Source: Flavobacteriales bacterium
GTDB lineage: Bacteria; Bacteroidota; Bacteroidia; Palsa-965
Assembly: GCA_040377305.1 (NCBI GenBank)
Contig: JBEIPA010000009.1
Coordinates: 1 to 64,000 of the forward strand
Direction of reading: 5' to 3'
DNA: 64,000 bases
Below are positions 39,996 through 51,825 of the stretch, piece by piece (the stretch's first letter is position 1; each line of letters opens with the position of its first letter). Below the pieces are notes generated by a model. That model did not search any database. It worked only from the letters and a program-made list of their open reading frames with translations, and was not told where the DNA came from. The position numbers and the translations under genes were made by a program.

Positions 39996-40092
39996 GGTAT
40001 AATAGTTTGATTCAAGTTACAACAACCGGATCAAAACAAAAAATCCCGGCGATTAACCCAGGATTTCTGTAATATATAAATTGGCGTTATTA

Positions 40093-41904
40093 TTAATCAG
40101 CCGCCATCTTCTTCTTCACACGTTCACGCTCATTCGGATCCAGTTGGATCTTGCGTAAACGAATTGAAAGAGGAGTTACTTCTACATATTCGTCGCCCTG
40201 GATGTATTCCATTGCTTCTTCGAGTGAATGTTTGATTGCCGGTGCAATCGCAACTTTCACATCGCTTCCTGATGCACGCATGTTGGTAAGCTTCTTCTCG
40301 ACAACCAGGTTTACAACCAGATCATCCGGACGAATGTGTTCGCCGATTACCTGTCCGTTGTAAATATCATCTCCAGGAGATACGAAGAACGATCCACGAT
40401 CCTGAAGCTTGTCGATTGCATAAGCAACTGCAGTTCCTTTGTCTTTCGCAACAAGTACTCCCGCGTTACGTCCAGGAATAGGACCTTTCCACGGCTCATA
40501 CGCTTTGAAACGGTGCGCCATGATAGCTTCACCTGCTGTTGCTGTAAGAACGTTGTTACGCAAGCCGATCAATCCACGCGCAGGAATATCAAATTCCATG
40601 TGAATGAGATCGCCTTTTGGTTCCATGATCAGCATATCACCTTTTCTCTGGCTCACAAGCTCGATTACTTTTCCGGAAGTTTCTTCCGGAACATCAACGC
40701 TCAGAACTTCGATCGGCTCATGCTTCACACCATCAATTTCTTTGATGATAACCTGCGGCTGTCCAACCTGCAACTCATATCCTTCGCGACGCATGGTCTC
40801 GATCAGAATTGACAAGTGAAGAATTCCACGGCCGTAAACGAGGTATGAATCCGGAGATTCAGTTTCTTCTACGCGAAGTGCAAGATTCTTTTCAAGCTCT
40901 CTCCACAAACGATCGCGCAAGTGACGCGACGTTACATACTTTCCTTCTTTTCCGAAGAATGGAGAGTTGTTGATCGTGAATAGCATGCTCATTGTTGGTT
41001 CGTCGATCGAAATCGCCGGCAATCCTTCCGGATTTTCAAAATCAGCAATTGTATCGCCGATATCGAATCCTTCAATTCCGGTTAACGCAGCAATATCACC
41101 TGCTTCAACGCTTTCAACTTTTTTCTTACCGAGTCCATCGAACACGAAAAGTTCTTTGGTACGCATTTTCTTGATCGAACCGTCGCGCTTAACGAGCGAT
41201 ACCGGCATATTCTCTTTCACTGTGCCGCGATACACACGACCTACTGCGATACGACCAACGAATGACGAGTAATCAAGCGATGTGATCTGCATCTGCAGTG
41301 TGCCTTCGTGCATTGGTGCGTTCGGGAAATAATCAATGATCGTTTCAAGCAGATAAGAAATATCTGTAGTTGGTGTTTTCCAATCAGGACCCATCCAACC
41401 GTGTTTCGATGAACCGTAAACAGTACGGAAGCCAAGCTGGTCTTCTGTTGCCTCAAGGTTGAAGAACAAATCGAATACGTTGTCGTGAACTTCATCAGGA
41501 CGGCAATTCGGTTTGTCAACTTTGTTGATCACGAGAATTGCCTTCTTGCCTTGCGCGAGCGCTTTCTGAAGAACGAAACGTGTTTGCGGCATCGGACCTT
41601 CGAATGCATCAACGAGCAACAACACACCATCGGCCATGTTGAGTACACGTTCTACTTCACCACCGAAGTCGGCGTGACCCGGTGTGTCGATGATGTTGAT
41701 CTTAGTCCCCTTGTAAACTACGGAAACGTTCTTCGCGAGAATGGTAATTCCGCGTTCACGCTCGAGGTCGTTATTGTCGAGAATAAGGTCGCCTGTTTCC
41801 TGGTTTTCACGAAACAATTTGCCCTGCAACAGCATCTTATCCACCAAAGTAGTTTTACCGTGGTCAACGTGAGCAATGATTGCGATATTTCTGATCTGAT
41901 TCAT
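40093..41904 (-). CDS. typA: translational GTPase TypA/BipA
   Basis: [45 protein letters not shown]; TATCTTTG promoter at 41923-41930. Confidence 0.97.
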   Translation of the reverse strand: MNQIRNIAIIAHVDHGKTTLVDKMLLQGKLFRENQETGDLILDNNDLERERGITILAKNVSVVYKGTKINIIDTPGHADFGGEVERVLNMADGVLLLVDAFEGPMPQTRFVLQKALAQGKKAILVINKVDKPNCRPDEVHDNVFDLFFNLEATEDQLGFRTVYGSSKHGWMGPDWKTPTTDISYLLETIIDYFPNAPMHEGTLQMQITSLDYSSFVGRIAVGRVYRGTVKENMPVSLVKRDGSIKKMRTKELFVFDGLGKKKVESVEAGDIAALTGIEGFDIGDTIADFENPEGLPAISIDEPTMSMLFTINNSPFFGKEGKYVTSRHLRDRLWRELEKNLALRVEETESPDSYLVYGRGILHLSILIETMRREGYELQVGQPQVIIKEIDGVKHEPIEVLSVDVPEETSGKVIELVSQRKGDMLIMEPKGDLIHMEFDIPARGLIGLRNNVLTATAGEAIMAHRFKAYEPWKGPIPGRNAGVLVAKDKGTAVAYAIDKLQDRGSFFVSPGDDIYNGQVIGEHIRPDDLVVNLVVEKKLTNMRASGSDVKVAIAPAIKHSLEEAMEYIQGDEYVEVTPLSIRLRKIQLDPNERERVKKKMAAD

Positions 41905-42010
41905 GGTATTTTTATGAAGGCGCAAAGATACGCATTTCAGAAGGCTTCCCGATAGCTATTGGAACAGTCGTGTATCAGAAGGTCGTAAAACCGGAGTTCG
42001 GAATGGAATT

Positions 42011-42979
42011 CTAAAGCGTATCGCCCGTCATAAAAAACTCTTCGCGGGTCAGAACACGAATATTCCCTGCAGAAGTGTCGATTTTCACCGTATCTGAAGT
42101 TCTCGTATTCGGATTCGCATAGGTTGGTTTAACCAATACTACTGGTTCCCTCTGAATCGAGAAAAAGCGTTCTTTCGTCGAAAAGCCGCCTAAAACGCGC
42201 CCATCCGGAACTTTTATAGCTCCATTCCACGTCATTCCGGTGTAAACTTTCACCATGTACGATCCGTTCGGCAAATCTTTCATGTGGAAGAACGTTTCAG
42301 CGTGAATGAACTCGTTGCGAATTGTCCGATGAGGTGGCTCACTTTGCACAAGGCACACCACGGCATCAGTAAACGGATTAATAACGACAAGTTGATTCGG
42401 AGATAACCATGTTGATATGCCGGGACCAAATACACTGTCGTATGGAGAGTCCATGTTGTGGATTACATCAGTCGTATTGATACTGTCGCGTTTTTCTTTT
42501 TGTGCAGTGGCGACTGTTGTATTAAGATCGTTCTCGTGTATATACGATTCAAAAACTGCAGTGGCGATGAGATACAACACAAAGGTGACGATCATTCCGC
42601 GCAGTAGTTTTTTCCGGCGCTGAATCTGTTTCACAATGCGCGTTCTGTTGCGCTGACGCATCATCTCAATATACTCCGGCGGATATTCTTTGCGCGGCGC
42701 TTCGCGCTTTTTCTCGGCGGGCGTTGCGTTGTGTGGCGGAGCAGTGTATGCACCTGTAAATGATGAGCCGAGCTTGCGCTTACGATCGTATTGTGCGCGC
42801 AATTCGTCATCCGAAAGAATGGTGTACGCGTCAAGAATTTCTTTGAACTTTTCTTCCGACTGCCTGCTGCCGGGATTCAGATCGGGGTGATACAACTTCG
42901 CCAAACGACGATAAGCCGACTTGATATCGGCCATCGTTGCATTATCGGGAATGCCTAATATGCGGTAGAAATCTCTCAA
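42011..42979 (-). CDS. J-domain protein with central TM and extracytoplasmic C-terminal domain
   Basis: DFYRILG...[12 protein letters not shown]; [16 protein letters not shown]. Confidence 0.8.
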   Translation of the reverse strand: MRDFYRILGIPDNATMADIKSAYRRLAKLYHPDLNPGSRQSEEKFKEILDAYTILSDDELRAQYDRKRKLGSSFTGAYTAPPHNATPAEKKREAPRKEYPPEYIEMMRQRNRTRIVKQIQRRKKLLRGMIVTFVLYLIATAVFESYIHENDLNTTVATAQKEKRDSINTTDVIHNMDSPYDSVFGPGISTWLSPNQLVVINPFTDAVVCLVQSEPPHRTIRNEFIHAETFFHMKDLPNGSYMVKVYTGMTWNGAIKVPDGRVLGGFSTKERFFSIQREPVVLVKPTYANPNTRTSDTVKIDTSAGNIRVLTREEFFMTGDTL

Positions 42980-42995
42980 GGTTTCGTTCCTCGCT

Positions 42996-43028
42996 AAACC
43001 TTGAAGGTTTTTGAAACCTTTAAGGTTT
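42996..43028. repeat. tandem palindrome AAACCTTNAAGGTTT x2 (REP-like)
   Basis: Two 15-bp palindromes at 42996-43010 and 43014-43028. Confidence 0.6.
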
Positions 43029-43046
43029 TGTGTGCGCGTGCACGTA

Positions 43047-44741
43047 TTAGAACTTCGCTCTCGCTTTCGTTTTATAACGACGCGTACTCACTTGTTTCGA
43101 CTTTGGATATTTCACCGTGTAAGTCAACACAACACGCTGTTGTTCGCCCGGAGGAATATTCATCCGCCACGTCACAAAACCGGTAGCTGGATCAAGAACA
43201 CCTTTCGTGAGTTCGGTTGCCTCAACAACAATTTCCGCATCCTGCGAAACCGGAATCTGATCCATGAGCTCAACTTCAACCGATGTCTTGCGCGTATTCT
43301 TCACAACGATTTCGTACGAGAACGTTTCTTTTTTCGATGTTCCAACGGTCTTCTCGTTGTTGAATTCTTTAACCTTCGTGCGTGTCACAACAAGTTTCTT
43401 ATCACGCCCCAACGAAAGATCGAGCGTGTCGTCAACACTGCGTGTATAGATATAAGATTGTCCAACATACGTTCCACCGAAATACACGTTCGCCGGACCT
43501 TCAACAAGATCAAGATCTTCCCAGCCCGTGATTCGCGCAAGAAGAAACGCTTCTTTCTCCATTTTCGGAATGCAACTATATCGATACGTTGCCGGCAGAT
43601 TGTACGATGTTACATCAACAATATAAGGCTGACCATTCGCCGGAATATCATAAGTCTGTTTGATATCGAATTCTGCGGCAAGCTCAGAAACCTGTATCTG
43701 TTCATACTGCACAGGTTGCTGAGGCGAATCACCTTTTCCATCGCCATCGTTGTCTTTGCCAGATGTGTTGTAAACGTTCTGACTCGACAAGGCCACAGGT
43801 GCGTTCGAATTGTCGTACGTCTGCTGCTGCTGCTGATTATAATTCCAGCCGGTGGTATTACCGCGATCATATCCGTTGTCGAAATTTAATGTCCACTTTT
43901 CCATTACAGGAGCAGCGGCACTTTGCATCGGATCGGCGGTGGAAAGTTTCATCTTGATGTCTTTCCAATCTACATCTGTGCTATTGAAAACTTTCGCACG
44001 ATACTTCAGATCGATTGGCTTGCCCACATCTTCGGCAATCAAATCGTAAGCAGGCGCCCAACCGCAATCGCTTACTACGTAATGCAATTCCGTTTCCGAA
44101 ATTACTTTCGCAGCAGTTGGATTGTTCACGAGAATAGTAATCTCTGCCATCGGAGGATTGTCGCGCTGATTCAGTTCGCCGTATTGCAAAGTTAACCGGT
44201 CAAGTAGTTCCTGTTGATTCGTTGCTTTCCGATTCAGTTTTACAACCTCTGAATTAATTTCCATCAAACGCGCAACGTAGAAATCGGAAGTGGCTTTCAG
44301 CTCAGCTGCAGTTACTCCATCAGCACCACCATCAATCACACGATTCATCTCGAGCATATTTTTCTCCCGATTATATGCGTCGATGTTTCCACGTGTAATC
44401 GCAATTGCATCTTCCATCATGATCATGGAGTCTTGTACCTGCTTGATACGTATGTCGCTTTTCTTTTGTCCGTACAAATAGTCAATGCGACTGCTGATAG
44501 CGAGCAAAGCAAAATCTCCGGTGCCTGTAAACTGAATGCTCTTCGGAATAAGATGCGCTGACAATCCAACGAAGACGAGCTCGTTTCTGCCCGGAGCGAG
44601 TGTTACTTGTTTCTTATGCGCAATTTCTCCGCCTGTCAGATAAACGATCACCGAAGAAATCGGGGCTTCAATTTTTTGTTCATTCTCCCCGGCGAAAAGA
44701 AGAGATGGAATTGCAGCAAGAACAATCAGCAGTTTCTTCAT
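43047..44741 (-). CDS. DUF4140/DUF4139 (MuiA-like) protein
   Basis: [36 protein letters not shown]. Confidence 0.88.
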   Translation of the reverse strand: MKKLLIVLAAIPSLLFAGENEQKIEAPISSVIVYLTGGEIAHKKQVTLAPGRNELVFVGLSAHLIPKSIQFTGTGDFALLAISSRIDYLYGQKKSDIRIKQVQDSMIMMEDAIAITRGNIDAYNREKNMLEMNRVIDGGADGVTAAELKATSDFYVARLMEINSEVVKLNRKATNQQELLDRLTLQYGELNQRDNPPMAEITILVNNPTAAKVISETELHYVVSDCGWAPAYDLIAEDVGKPIDLKYRAKVFNSTDVDWKDIKMKLSTADPMQSAAAPVMEKWTLNFDNGYDRGNTTGWNYNQQQQQTYDNSNAPVALSSQNVYNTSGKDNDGDGKGDSPQQPVQYEQIQVSELAAEFDIKQTYDIPANGQPYIVDVTSYNLPATYRYSCIPKMEKEAFLLARITGWEDLDLVEGPANVYFGGTYVGQSYIYTRSVDDTLDLSLGRDKKLVVTRTKVKEFNNEKTVGTSKKETFSYEIVVKNTRKTSVEVELMDQIPVSQDAEIVVEATELTKGVLDPATGFVTWRMNIPPGEQQRVVLTYTVKYPKSKQVSTRRYKTKARAKF

Positions 44742-44832
44742 GAATGAGTAATTATAATGTGAGTTATATACAGATTAAAAATCCTGTTGCAATTGCTCAC
44801 AACAGGACTTAAATATTTTTTAACGAAGAAAA

Positions 44833-46680
44833 CTACGCCAGCTTTCTGCGCAGAATAAAATTCGTTGCAGAGTGTTTCTCGTCTTTCTTCGTGCTATCAG
44901 CACCTGCCGGAGCAGTTTGTTCTTTCAGGTACACCTGCGAAAAATCGAAGTAACGCATAGGGTTCGCCCAGAAGTTGCGCACGCGCGATTGGGCAAGACG
45001 GTAATTTTCATCGTACCACAAAATCATCGCAGGTGCATCAGCCATCATTACCTGTTCAGCTTCTTTGTAAAGACGATTTGCTTCTTCAATTGTTCTCGCT
45101 TCACGCGCAAGAACGTATAAGCTATCGAACTTTGCACTCTTATAACGTGTCGTGTTTGGGAATGAAGGCTGTGATAAAGAGTCCGGCACATCAGCTCCAT
45201 AGAACAACGAGAGGAACGTTTCCGCAGTTGGATAATCTGCTACCCACGCTGAACGGAAAATATCTGAGCGCGCATATTTCGCATCTGCCATTTTCTGCTG
45301 AAGAGAAACGTTTGCAATTTCTACGTTGATGTTGAGATACTCGCGCAGTTGACTTGCGATAGCTTCTGCAACGCGAGTGTTACGTGAACCACCGCTATTA
45401 AGTACAAGCTTCACAACCGGAAAATCTTTTCCGTCGGGGAATCCCGCTTCGGCCAAAAGCTTCTTCGCTTTTTCACGCTCAGCAGCTTTGTTTGCTTTTG
45501 TTTCAGCTTCGTCAGCACCAATTTTTTCGTACCCGATGATTTCGCTCGCCTTGTATCCTGGCAATGCAGGCGGACAAATTCCATTAATCCCGGGACCATA
45601 CGCCTCGCCAGCAAGAACTTCATTCACGATGTGATTACGATCTACCGCATAACAAAAAGCCTGACGAACGCGCACATCATTAAAAGGAGGACGCGTCGTG
45701 TTGAACTCGTACATCTGCGTTACCAATTCAGATGAATGGTAAAGAACATACTTCGGCGGCTTCGCAGTGAAATCCTGTATCACTTGCGGAACGAATGTTT
45801 TCACAGCATCAGCATTCAGTCCCCAAACGAAATCGAGTTTGCCTTCCTGGAAAAGATCCAACTCAGCAACTTTATTATCGATGTAGGAAATTTTGATGGT
45901 GTCCAGGAACGGAAGTTGGTTACCCAATGAATCTTTCCCGTAATAATTTTCATTACGGACAAGGATCAGCTGCGTAGTATCGGCAGCAATAGAAGAGAAA
46001 ATAAATGGACCTGTTCCAACGTGAATTGCGTCCTGGTATTTCTCTACAGCTTCCTGAGGGAGAATGCTTGCAGCAGTATTCGCAAGGATATACAGGAACG
46101 AATTGTTTGGAGCAATCAAAGAAATTTTTACGTTCCGATCGTCAACAGCAACAACACCGGCGAGTCCACCCGATTTTGCAGATGCTCCCATCGCGAAATA
46201 TTCATCAGCACCAACAACGCGGTGACTAAAAGAAGAAGTGAAGTTTTCGTTTTTGCCATTGTCGGTACACAGGCGCTCGAATGAATAAACAACATCTTTC
46301 GCTGTTACCGCGCGACCTTTTCCGTCAGTGAAACAAGGATCGTCGTGAAATTTCACATCACTACGCAATTTGAAAGTATAGGTTGTTCCTGCTTCATCAA
46401 CCGTCCAGCTTTCTGCAATTCCCGGCATGATGTCGAGTGTACGCGGATCAAATTTTACAAGCCCTTCATAAATCTGCGTTGCCACGTGGTTTGAAATCGC
46501 ATCCGTGATCTGAACGGGGTTCAGCGTTTGCAGTTTATCCGTTTCGTTGTAACGAAGCGTGCCACCATAAACCGGCTGATAATCGCCTTTACCGACTGCA
46601 ACACGGTCACTTCCAGTCGATTCCGGGCCACAAGAAACGGCCAATATCGCAACAGGAATAAGGAGGAGGTATTTTTTCAT
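44833..46680 (-). CDS. ABC transporter substrate-binding lipoprotein (family 5), orphan
   Basis: Lipobox AVSC, IYEGLVKFD, YTFKLRSDVKFHD, GTGPF, DVRVRQAF. Confidence 0.92.
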   Translation of the reverse strand: MKKYLLLIPVAILAVSCGPESTGSDRVAVGKGDYQPVYGGTLRYNETDKLQTLNPVQITDAISNHVATQIYEGLVKFDPRTLDIMPGIAESWTVDEAGTTYTFKLRSDVKFHDDPCFTDGKGRAVTAKDVVYSFERLCTDNGKNENFTSSFSHRVVGADEYFAMGASAKSGGLAGVVAVDDRNVKISLIAPNNSFLYILANTAASILPQEAVEKYQDAIHVGTGPFIFSSIAADTTQLILVRNENYYGKDSLGNQLPFLDTIKISYIDNKVAELDLFQEGKLDFVWGLNADAVKTFVPQVIQDFTAKPPKYVLYHSSELVTQMYEFNTTRPPFNDVRVRQAFCYAVDRNHIVNEVLAGEAYGPGINGICPPALPGYKASEIIGYEKIGADEAETKANKAAEREKAKKLLAEAGFPDGKDFPVVKLVLNSGGSRNTRVAEAIASQLREYLNINVEIANVSLQQKMADAKYARSDIFRSAWVADYPTAETFLSLFYGADVPDSLSQPSFPNTTRYKSAKFDSLYVLAREARTIEEANRLYKEAEQVMMADAPAMILWYDENYRLAQSRVRNFWANPMRYFDFSQVYLKEQTAPAGADSTKKDEKHSATNFILRRKLA

Positions 46681-46970
46681 ATAAAGGGCTGACAGAACGA
46701 TTAATAGAGGAGGGTTACACTACCCAAATTATAACCTGCAAGATTAGGTTTTTTATGCTAAAAGCGCAAGTTTCTGGAGGGCTGGAATGTCACGAAACGC
46801 TATGTCATTGCATTGCAGGCACTTGCTGCTTTAATACGGGCAATTATTGCACTTGGCTAAGGGGAATGGCGTTTTATCGAAAATAATCGGCATTATATTT
46901 GGTTTTTGTTCAGCATCCTGTTAATATTGCCGCGCAATATCGGAGGACCCCCTGCACAGAAAGCAATACG

Positions 46971-47771
46971 ATGAAAAAGAACCTCTTCGCACTTTTGATT
47001 CTCTCCTTGATCCTCAGCATCAATGGATTCGCGCAATCCATGATCCTGCTGGAAGGGACATATCAGGGTAAAAATGTGTACGTGCAGAACCCATTTAATA
47101 GCAACGGAGTTGGTTTCTGTGTGTACGAAGTTCGCGTAAACGACCAGATTACAACAGACGAAATCGGGTCAAGTGCTTTTGAAATTGACCTTCGCAACTT
47201 CCAATTGAAGGTTGGTGATGCTGTAACAATCAAGATTTTCCACAAAGAGGACTGCACACCTAAAGTTCTCAATCCAGAAGTATTAAAACCAAAGTCAACA
47301 TTCGTTACAAGTACGATTACAGTTGACTGCAATGCAAACCTGCTTAAGTGGACAACTACAGGCGAGCAAGGTAAACTCACATTTGTTATTGAGCAGTTCC
47401 GCTGGAACAAATGGGTTAAGATCGGCGAAGTTGAAGGTCTTGGCACTGCAGGTCCTAATAATTACAGCTTTGCGGTAGTTGCACACTCCGGTGAAAACCA
47501 ATTCCGTGTTAAGCAGGTTGATTACTCTGGACAGGCACGAACTAGCCCTGTTGCAAAATGCACTTCAACAAAAGCTGAAATCAAATTCTTCCCGGTAAAA
47601 GCAAAAGACAAAATCACTTTCGAAGGCGGTGAAACTATGTACGAGATCTATGATCAGTACGGTAACATCGTGAAGAAAGGATTCGGAGCAACGATTGACG
47701 TAACAGGACTCGCGAAAGGCGGGTACTTCCTCAACTACGACAACAAGACTGCGGAATTCTTTAAACAATAA
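46971..47771 (+). CDS. secreted hypothetical protein
   Basis: MKKNLF signal peptide; C-terminal region resembles a degenerate T9SS CTD. Confidence 0.75.
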   Translation: MKKNLFALLILSLILSINGFAQSMILLEGTYQGKNVYVQNPFNSNGVGFCVYEVRVNDQITTDEIGSSAFEIDLRNFQLKVGDAVTIKIFHKEDCTPKVLNPEVLKPKSTFVTSTITVDCNANLLKWTTTGEQGKLTFVIEQFRWNKWVKIGEVEGLGTAGPNNYSFAVVAHSGENQFRVKQVDYSGQARTSPVAKCTSTKAEIKFFPVKAKDKITFEGGETMYEIYDQYGNIVKKGFGATIDVTGLAKGGYFLNYDNKTAEFFKQ

Positions 47772-47899
47772 TTGCACACCAGACACCTAACTTGAAACCC
47801 TGACGCCCGTTGGGGTTTTTTGTTTTTATGCTTCGATACAACTTTTTATTGAGGGAAGTCGGAGTGCTCAGCATAACAAACCAGCCATAGGATTGCAGG

Positions 47900-48301
47900 A
47901 TGAAAAAGATTGAACACATCGGCATTGCAGTGAAGAGCATCGAGGAATCTAACAAACTCTTCACAAAACTTTTCGGCGCTGCGCCGTACAAACAGGAAGC
48001 GGTAGAGAGTGAAGGTGTGACGACTTCTTTCTTCCTGAACGGTCCGAACAAAATCGAATTGCTGGAAGCAACTAATCCTGATTCTCCGATTGCGAAATTC
48101 ATTGAGAAGAAAGGGGAAGGTATTCATCATATCGCATTTGATGTTGAAGATATTGTTGCGGAAATGGCGCGCCTGAAAGCAGAAGGATTTCAATTGCTCA
48201 GCGATGTACCGAAGAAAGGCGCCGACAACAAGCTCATTTGTTTTCTGCATCCGAAAGGAACGAATGGCGTGCTCATTGAGTTGTGCCAGGAGATTCGTTG
48301 A
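47900..48301 (+). CDS. mce: methylmalonyl-CoA epimerase
   Basis: IEHIGIAV, KIELLE, GEGIHHIAF, FLHPKGTNGVLIELCQ. Confidence 0.93.
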   Translation: MKKIEHIGIAVKSIEESNKLFTKLFGAAPYKQEAVESEGVTTSFFLNGPNKIELLEATNPDSPIAKFIEKKGEGIHHIAFDVEDIVAEMARLKAEGFQLLSDVPKKGADNKLICFLHPKGTNGVLIELCQEIR

Positions 48302-48369
48302 AGTTATTCTCACAACAGAAAAGCCCGGACCATTCGCGATCCGGGCTTTTAATTTTATTCCGTCAATTG

Positions 48370-50028
48370 TTAGTGCTGAACGATGCAGCGTGTTGTTGCG
48401 ATGGTGTTGTTACTTACAACTTCAATAATATACATTCCACTGCTCCATCCGCTAACGTTGAATTGCTCGCTGTTCACCGCGCTGCTACGTGATTCTACAA
48501 GCGCTCCGGTTGACGTGTAAACATTCACGATCGCCTCACCGGTATTGATAAAACTCACGTTCACGATTTCAGAAGAAGGGCTCGGGTAAACAGAAATTAC
48601 GTTCCCTCCGCGAGGACCTGCACTGTTATTGATTCCTGCAACAACGTATTCCGCATCAAACATTGAAACTCCACGGCCCAGAACTCCTTCTGCATTCCAC
48701 GCATGCGCGGCTTGAGTAACAAGCGGGTTGATCTCCACGCGTGGATAAGGTGCTTTGAGGTTTGTTGTTACATCGTTGTACTGTCCTGTTATCGTAACCC
48801 AGGAATTGGGAGTTGAAAGGTTATAACCATTAACGATATACGGAAGTTTACCATTAGTGGAATCATAGTACACTCCAAGGAAATTGTTGTATCCCGGGTC
48901 GTAGGTAATGTCTGCCTGCATATCATTCTCGCTTGTGTTTACTATGTCTAAGCGATTCCAGAAGTTGGTGAAGTGCGCACGCTTGTTATAGAAACCCAGC
49001 ATATCGTAGTCGCTTCCATCACCCAGGTAATCGCGGTCGACAAGTACAATTGCTGTCACAGCTCCACTATCGTTGTCAGTGTTATTGTACTGTACAGCAA
49101 TCTGCGGGTTGCGGCAGAGATTTATCATTGTAGAGGACACCGAATCAAGATTCTGTTTCGAAATCCACGGCCCATCTACGGTAGTTTGATTGCGTGATGT
49201 GTAAATGTGCCCTGTCCGTGCAGTGGAGGTACCGATCTGTTCCCATGCGGCAAAATATCGACCGTTAGAGGCAGACGCGCTGCGTCCATATGCAAGAGAT
49301 ACTTTGCGGTTGAATGAACCGGTTGTTGCCACGGGCTCACGTACCGACCATGAAGTACCCCCATCTACCGAAGCCAGGAACACGATTGAATCGTACATCG
49401 ACGAGTAGGTTGAATATAACAAACCTACGCTGTACGGGCTGGCACCTACTGCAGGGAACAGATAATCCGTGGCAAGAGCTACATCGTACACCGGACGTGT
49501 ACCATTCTGGAGGCTGTAGTTGCTGCCGTTAAATGCACCGGTTCTGCCGTTGTAGCGGTCAACAAACAATACATAGTTGCCGGAAGAGATCGTGTGATTT
49601 ACGCCAACGAGATAAACGACGAGATTGTTGGTGTCTGTGCCGCATACCACAATGTCGTGAGTAGGATATCTTACACCCGTAACGCTGTAATTGTCTATCG
49701 TTGTCCATGATTGACCGTTATCGCGTGACATTCTTATTGTAATTCCACCTTTATCGAGCGCTGAGTCGACAGTGTTGAAGGCGGTGTACAACCAGCCGTT
49801 AAATGCAACGGTAAGTTTTACGTTACGTTGATCGATTGAAGGCGAACTTTCAATGGTTACGTCATTATAATAAAGTGGTGTCGGGTATACGATACCTGCA
49901 GGATTGTGCATTTCGCTTGCGCTTGCCGGAGTTGGAGTGGGTTCCGGATAAGGCTTGAGATTAAGTTCCTGAGCGCTCAGCATCGATGCGCTGAATGCCA
50001 GAATTAATGCGGGTAAAACTGTTTTCAT
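48370..50028 (-). CDS. T9SS-secreted protein with BNR/Asp-box repeats
   Basis: SRDNGQSW, SVDGGTSW; C-terminal VYPSP...SSGMYII CTD. Confidence 0.8.
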   Translation of the reverse strand: MKTVLPALILAFSASMLSAQELNLKPYPEPTPTPASASEMHNPAGIVYPTPLYYNDVTIESSPSIDQRNVKLTVAFNGWLYTAFNTVDSALDKGGITIRMSRDNGQSWTTIDNYSVTGVRYPTHDIVVCGTDTNNLVVYLVGVNHTISSGNYVLFVDRYNGRTGAFNGSNYSLQNGTRPVYDVALATDYLFPAVGASPYSVGLLYSTYSSMYDSIVFLASVDGGTSWSVREPVATTGSFNRKVSLAYGRSASASNGRYFAAWEQIGTSTARTGHIYTSRNQTTVDGPWISKQNLDSVSSTMINLCRNPQIAVQYNNTDNDSGAVTAIVLVDRDYLGDGSDYDMLGFYNKRAHFTNFWNRLDIVNTSENDMQADITYDPGYNNFLGVYYDSTNGKLPYIVNGYNLSTPNSWVTITGQYNDVTTNLKAPYPRVEINPLVTQAAHAWNAEGVLGRGVSMFDAEYVVAGINNSAGPRGGNVISVYPSPSSEIVNVSFINTGEAIVNVYTSTGALVESRSSAVNSEQFNVSGWSSGMYIIEVVSNNTIATTRCIVQH

Positions 50029-50147
50029 GTCTGAATGTTTTTTGGTTGAGCCAAAAATAGGATTGTGAACCGACCTCAGGAATGACCCTAGTCACGTTAT
50101 AGTTTGATATTAGTCAACTGGAATTCTTGCGGATATTTCCACTCAGC

Positions 50148-50780
50148 TCATCGCAATAGGCCGTGCTCATCCAGTAAAAGCCTTAGTGACGACGTGTCTG
50201 CCAACTGCAGTGCCTTGATTCCACAGGCTGCAGCACCGCGAATGTGTTGAATACTGTCGTCAATGAAAAGTGTTTCTTCTGCGATCAGCTTATTTTCATT
50301 CAGCACGAATTCAAAAATTTCAGCATCGGGTTTGCGCATTCCGATGTTGCAGGAGTAATACCATCTTTCGAAGTAAGGTGAGAAATCAGGAGTGCCATGT
50401 ACGCGTTGCAATTCCGCAGAGAAATTTTTGACGTGAATTACATTCGTATTTGAAAGCAGGAACAGGCGATATTTCGTTTTCAGTTTCGTAAGTAAATCGA
50501 GCTTTTCTTTCGGCACATCTAGAAGCATTGCGTCCCACGCAGCATCAATTTCTACGTCGCTTACAGGATGCGGAATATGTTTGCGAAGTTCGGTGCGAAA
50601 TTCCGCAGGCGCGATTTTCCCTTTATCAAATCCATCAAAAACTCCGGACTGATTCGCCTGCGAATAAATAGCGTCAAAGTCCTGCACACCCAACTCAATG
50701 AAAGCCTTGCGCGTTGCTTCCATATCCAGGTTGATGATCACACCACCGAGATCGAAAATGATATTCTTTATTTCCTGCAC
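50148..50780 (-). CDS. HAD family phosphatase (YihX-like)
   Basis: IFDLGGV, LLSNTN, RKPD, FIDD. Confidence 0.92.
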   Translation of the reverse strand: MQEIKNIIFDLGGVIINLDMEATRKAFIELGVQDFDAIYSQANQSGVFDGFDKGKIAPAEFRTELRKHIPHPVSDVEIDAAWDAMLLDVPKEKLDLLTKLKTKYRLFLLSNTNVIHVKNFSAELQRVHGTPDFSPYFERWYYSCNIGMRKPDAEIFEFVLNENKLIAEETLFIDDSIQHIRGAAACGIKALQLADTSSLRLLLDEHGLLR

Positions 50781-50832
50781 GGGACGAAAATAGGGGTAAA
50801 TCCAACTGAAACAGAAAATCGTATATTTAACC

Positions 50833-51819
50833 GTGTCATCGAATAAACCCCTCTACACTTACCTCTGTATTTTTTTCACACTGGTTGGCGCCGGACTTTT
50901 CTTTGCACTGAACAGACCCGACTTCGCTGCGTGCAGCTTCATGCTCGGCTATCTGCTGGGGATGAAAGACTTTTCGAAGTTCACAGGTCCGCTGCAATCA
51001 ATCACAGAAGGACTTGCTGCAGGACTTACCGGCGTTGCACTCGATTGGCCGATTGAGGGCTTTCCCTTCTTCACCGCGATGATGCTCGTCATGTTCTTTT
51101 CAAATTTCGGACGCATCATGTTCTTCCGGTATTTCGCTTACACCGGGATGTCTTGGATGGAACCAACGTTTGCAATCATTGCGCTCGGATTGCATTTCTC
51201 CGGGAATTTTCTGTCGCACAGCAACTGGGCAACATGGGGTGTTCCGGTTCCGGGATTCTTCTTCGCTTTCGTCATTGCGTGGGGAATTATCAAAGACAAA
51301 AAGCAGTTGAGCGTTCACAAGATCAAAGGATATAAAATTGCAATTGGTGCTTATGCGCCTCCGTTTGAGCTCCCGAATGAAGCGGGTGAACTCGTGAAGC
51401 TTTCTGATTTCATCGGGCAGCGTCATCTGCTTTTGATTTTTGTGCGTGGCGACTGGTGTCCGGGTTGTCACATGATGTTGCGTACTTACCAGAAAGAAAA
51501 AGAGCGTTTCGCCAGGAAGAACGTTTTCGTAATGTCAATTGGTCCGGATCCGGTTGGCGTGAACAAAGAAATGGTAGAACGACTCGGACTGGACTTCAGT
51601 GTACTTGCCGATGAAAAGCAGAAAACCGCAATGACATACGGTGTACAGCTCGAAGAATACGACAACCAGTTCGCAGAGCAATATGATGAAGGGATTCCAC
51701 TTCCCGCATCATTTCTCATTGACAAACAAGGAATCGTGCGCTACATTTCACGTCCCGATAAAGTGGGTGAATTCCTGAATCCATCATTGATCTTCCCGAT
51801 TGTTGAACAACTCGACTAA
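50833..51819 (+). CDS. multi-TM protein fused to AhpC/TSA-like redoxin
   Basis: About 5-6 N-terminal TMs, then APPFEL, RGDWCPGC, PASFLIDKQGIVRY. Confidence 0.85.
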   Translation: MSSNKPLYTYLCIFFTLVGAGLFFALNRPDFAACSFMLGYLLGMKDFSKFTGPLQSITEGLAAGLTGVALDWPIEGFPFFTAMMLVMFFSNFGRIMFFRYFAYTGMSWMEPTFAIIALGLHFSGNFLSHSNWATWGVPVPGFFFAFVIAWGIIKDKKQLSVHKIKGYKIAIGAYAPPFELPNEAGELVKLSDFIGQRHLLLIFVRGDWCPGCHMMLRTYQKEKERFARKNVFVMSIGPDPVGVNKEMVERLGLDFSVLADEKQKTAMTYGVQLEEYDNQFAEQYDEGIPLPASFLIDKQGIVRYISRPDKVGEFLNPSLIFPIVEQLD

Positions 51820-51825
51820 AGCATC

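Noticed and set aside
43011-43889. 292-aa plus-strand ORF, and similar long antisense ORFs (13329..13952, 32263..33057) or alternative-frame ORFs (35215..35871)
   Set aside because: Overlap well-supported genes and lack recognisable motifs; shadow ORFs
50833-51819. Selenoprotein or recoding in the redoxin
   Set aside because: CxxC is encoded by TGT codons and the frame is uninterrupted
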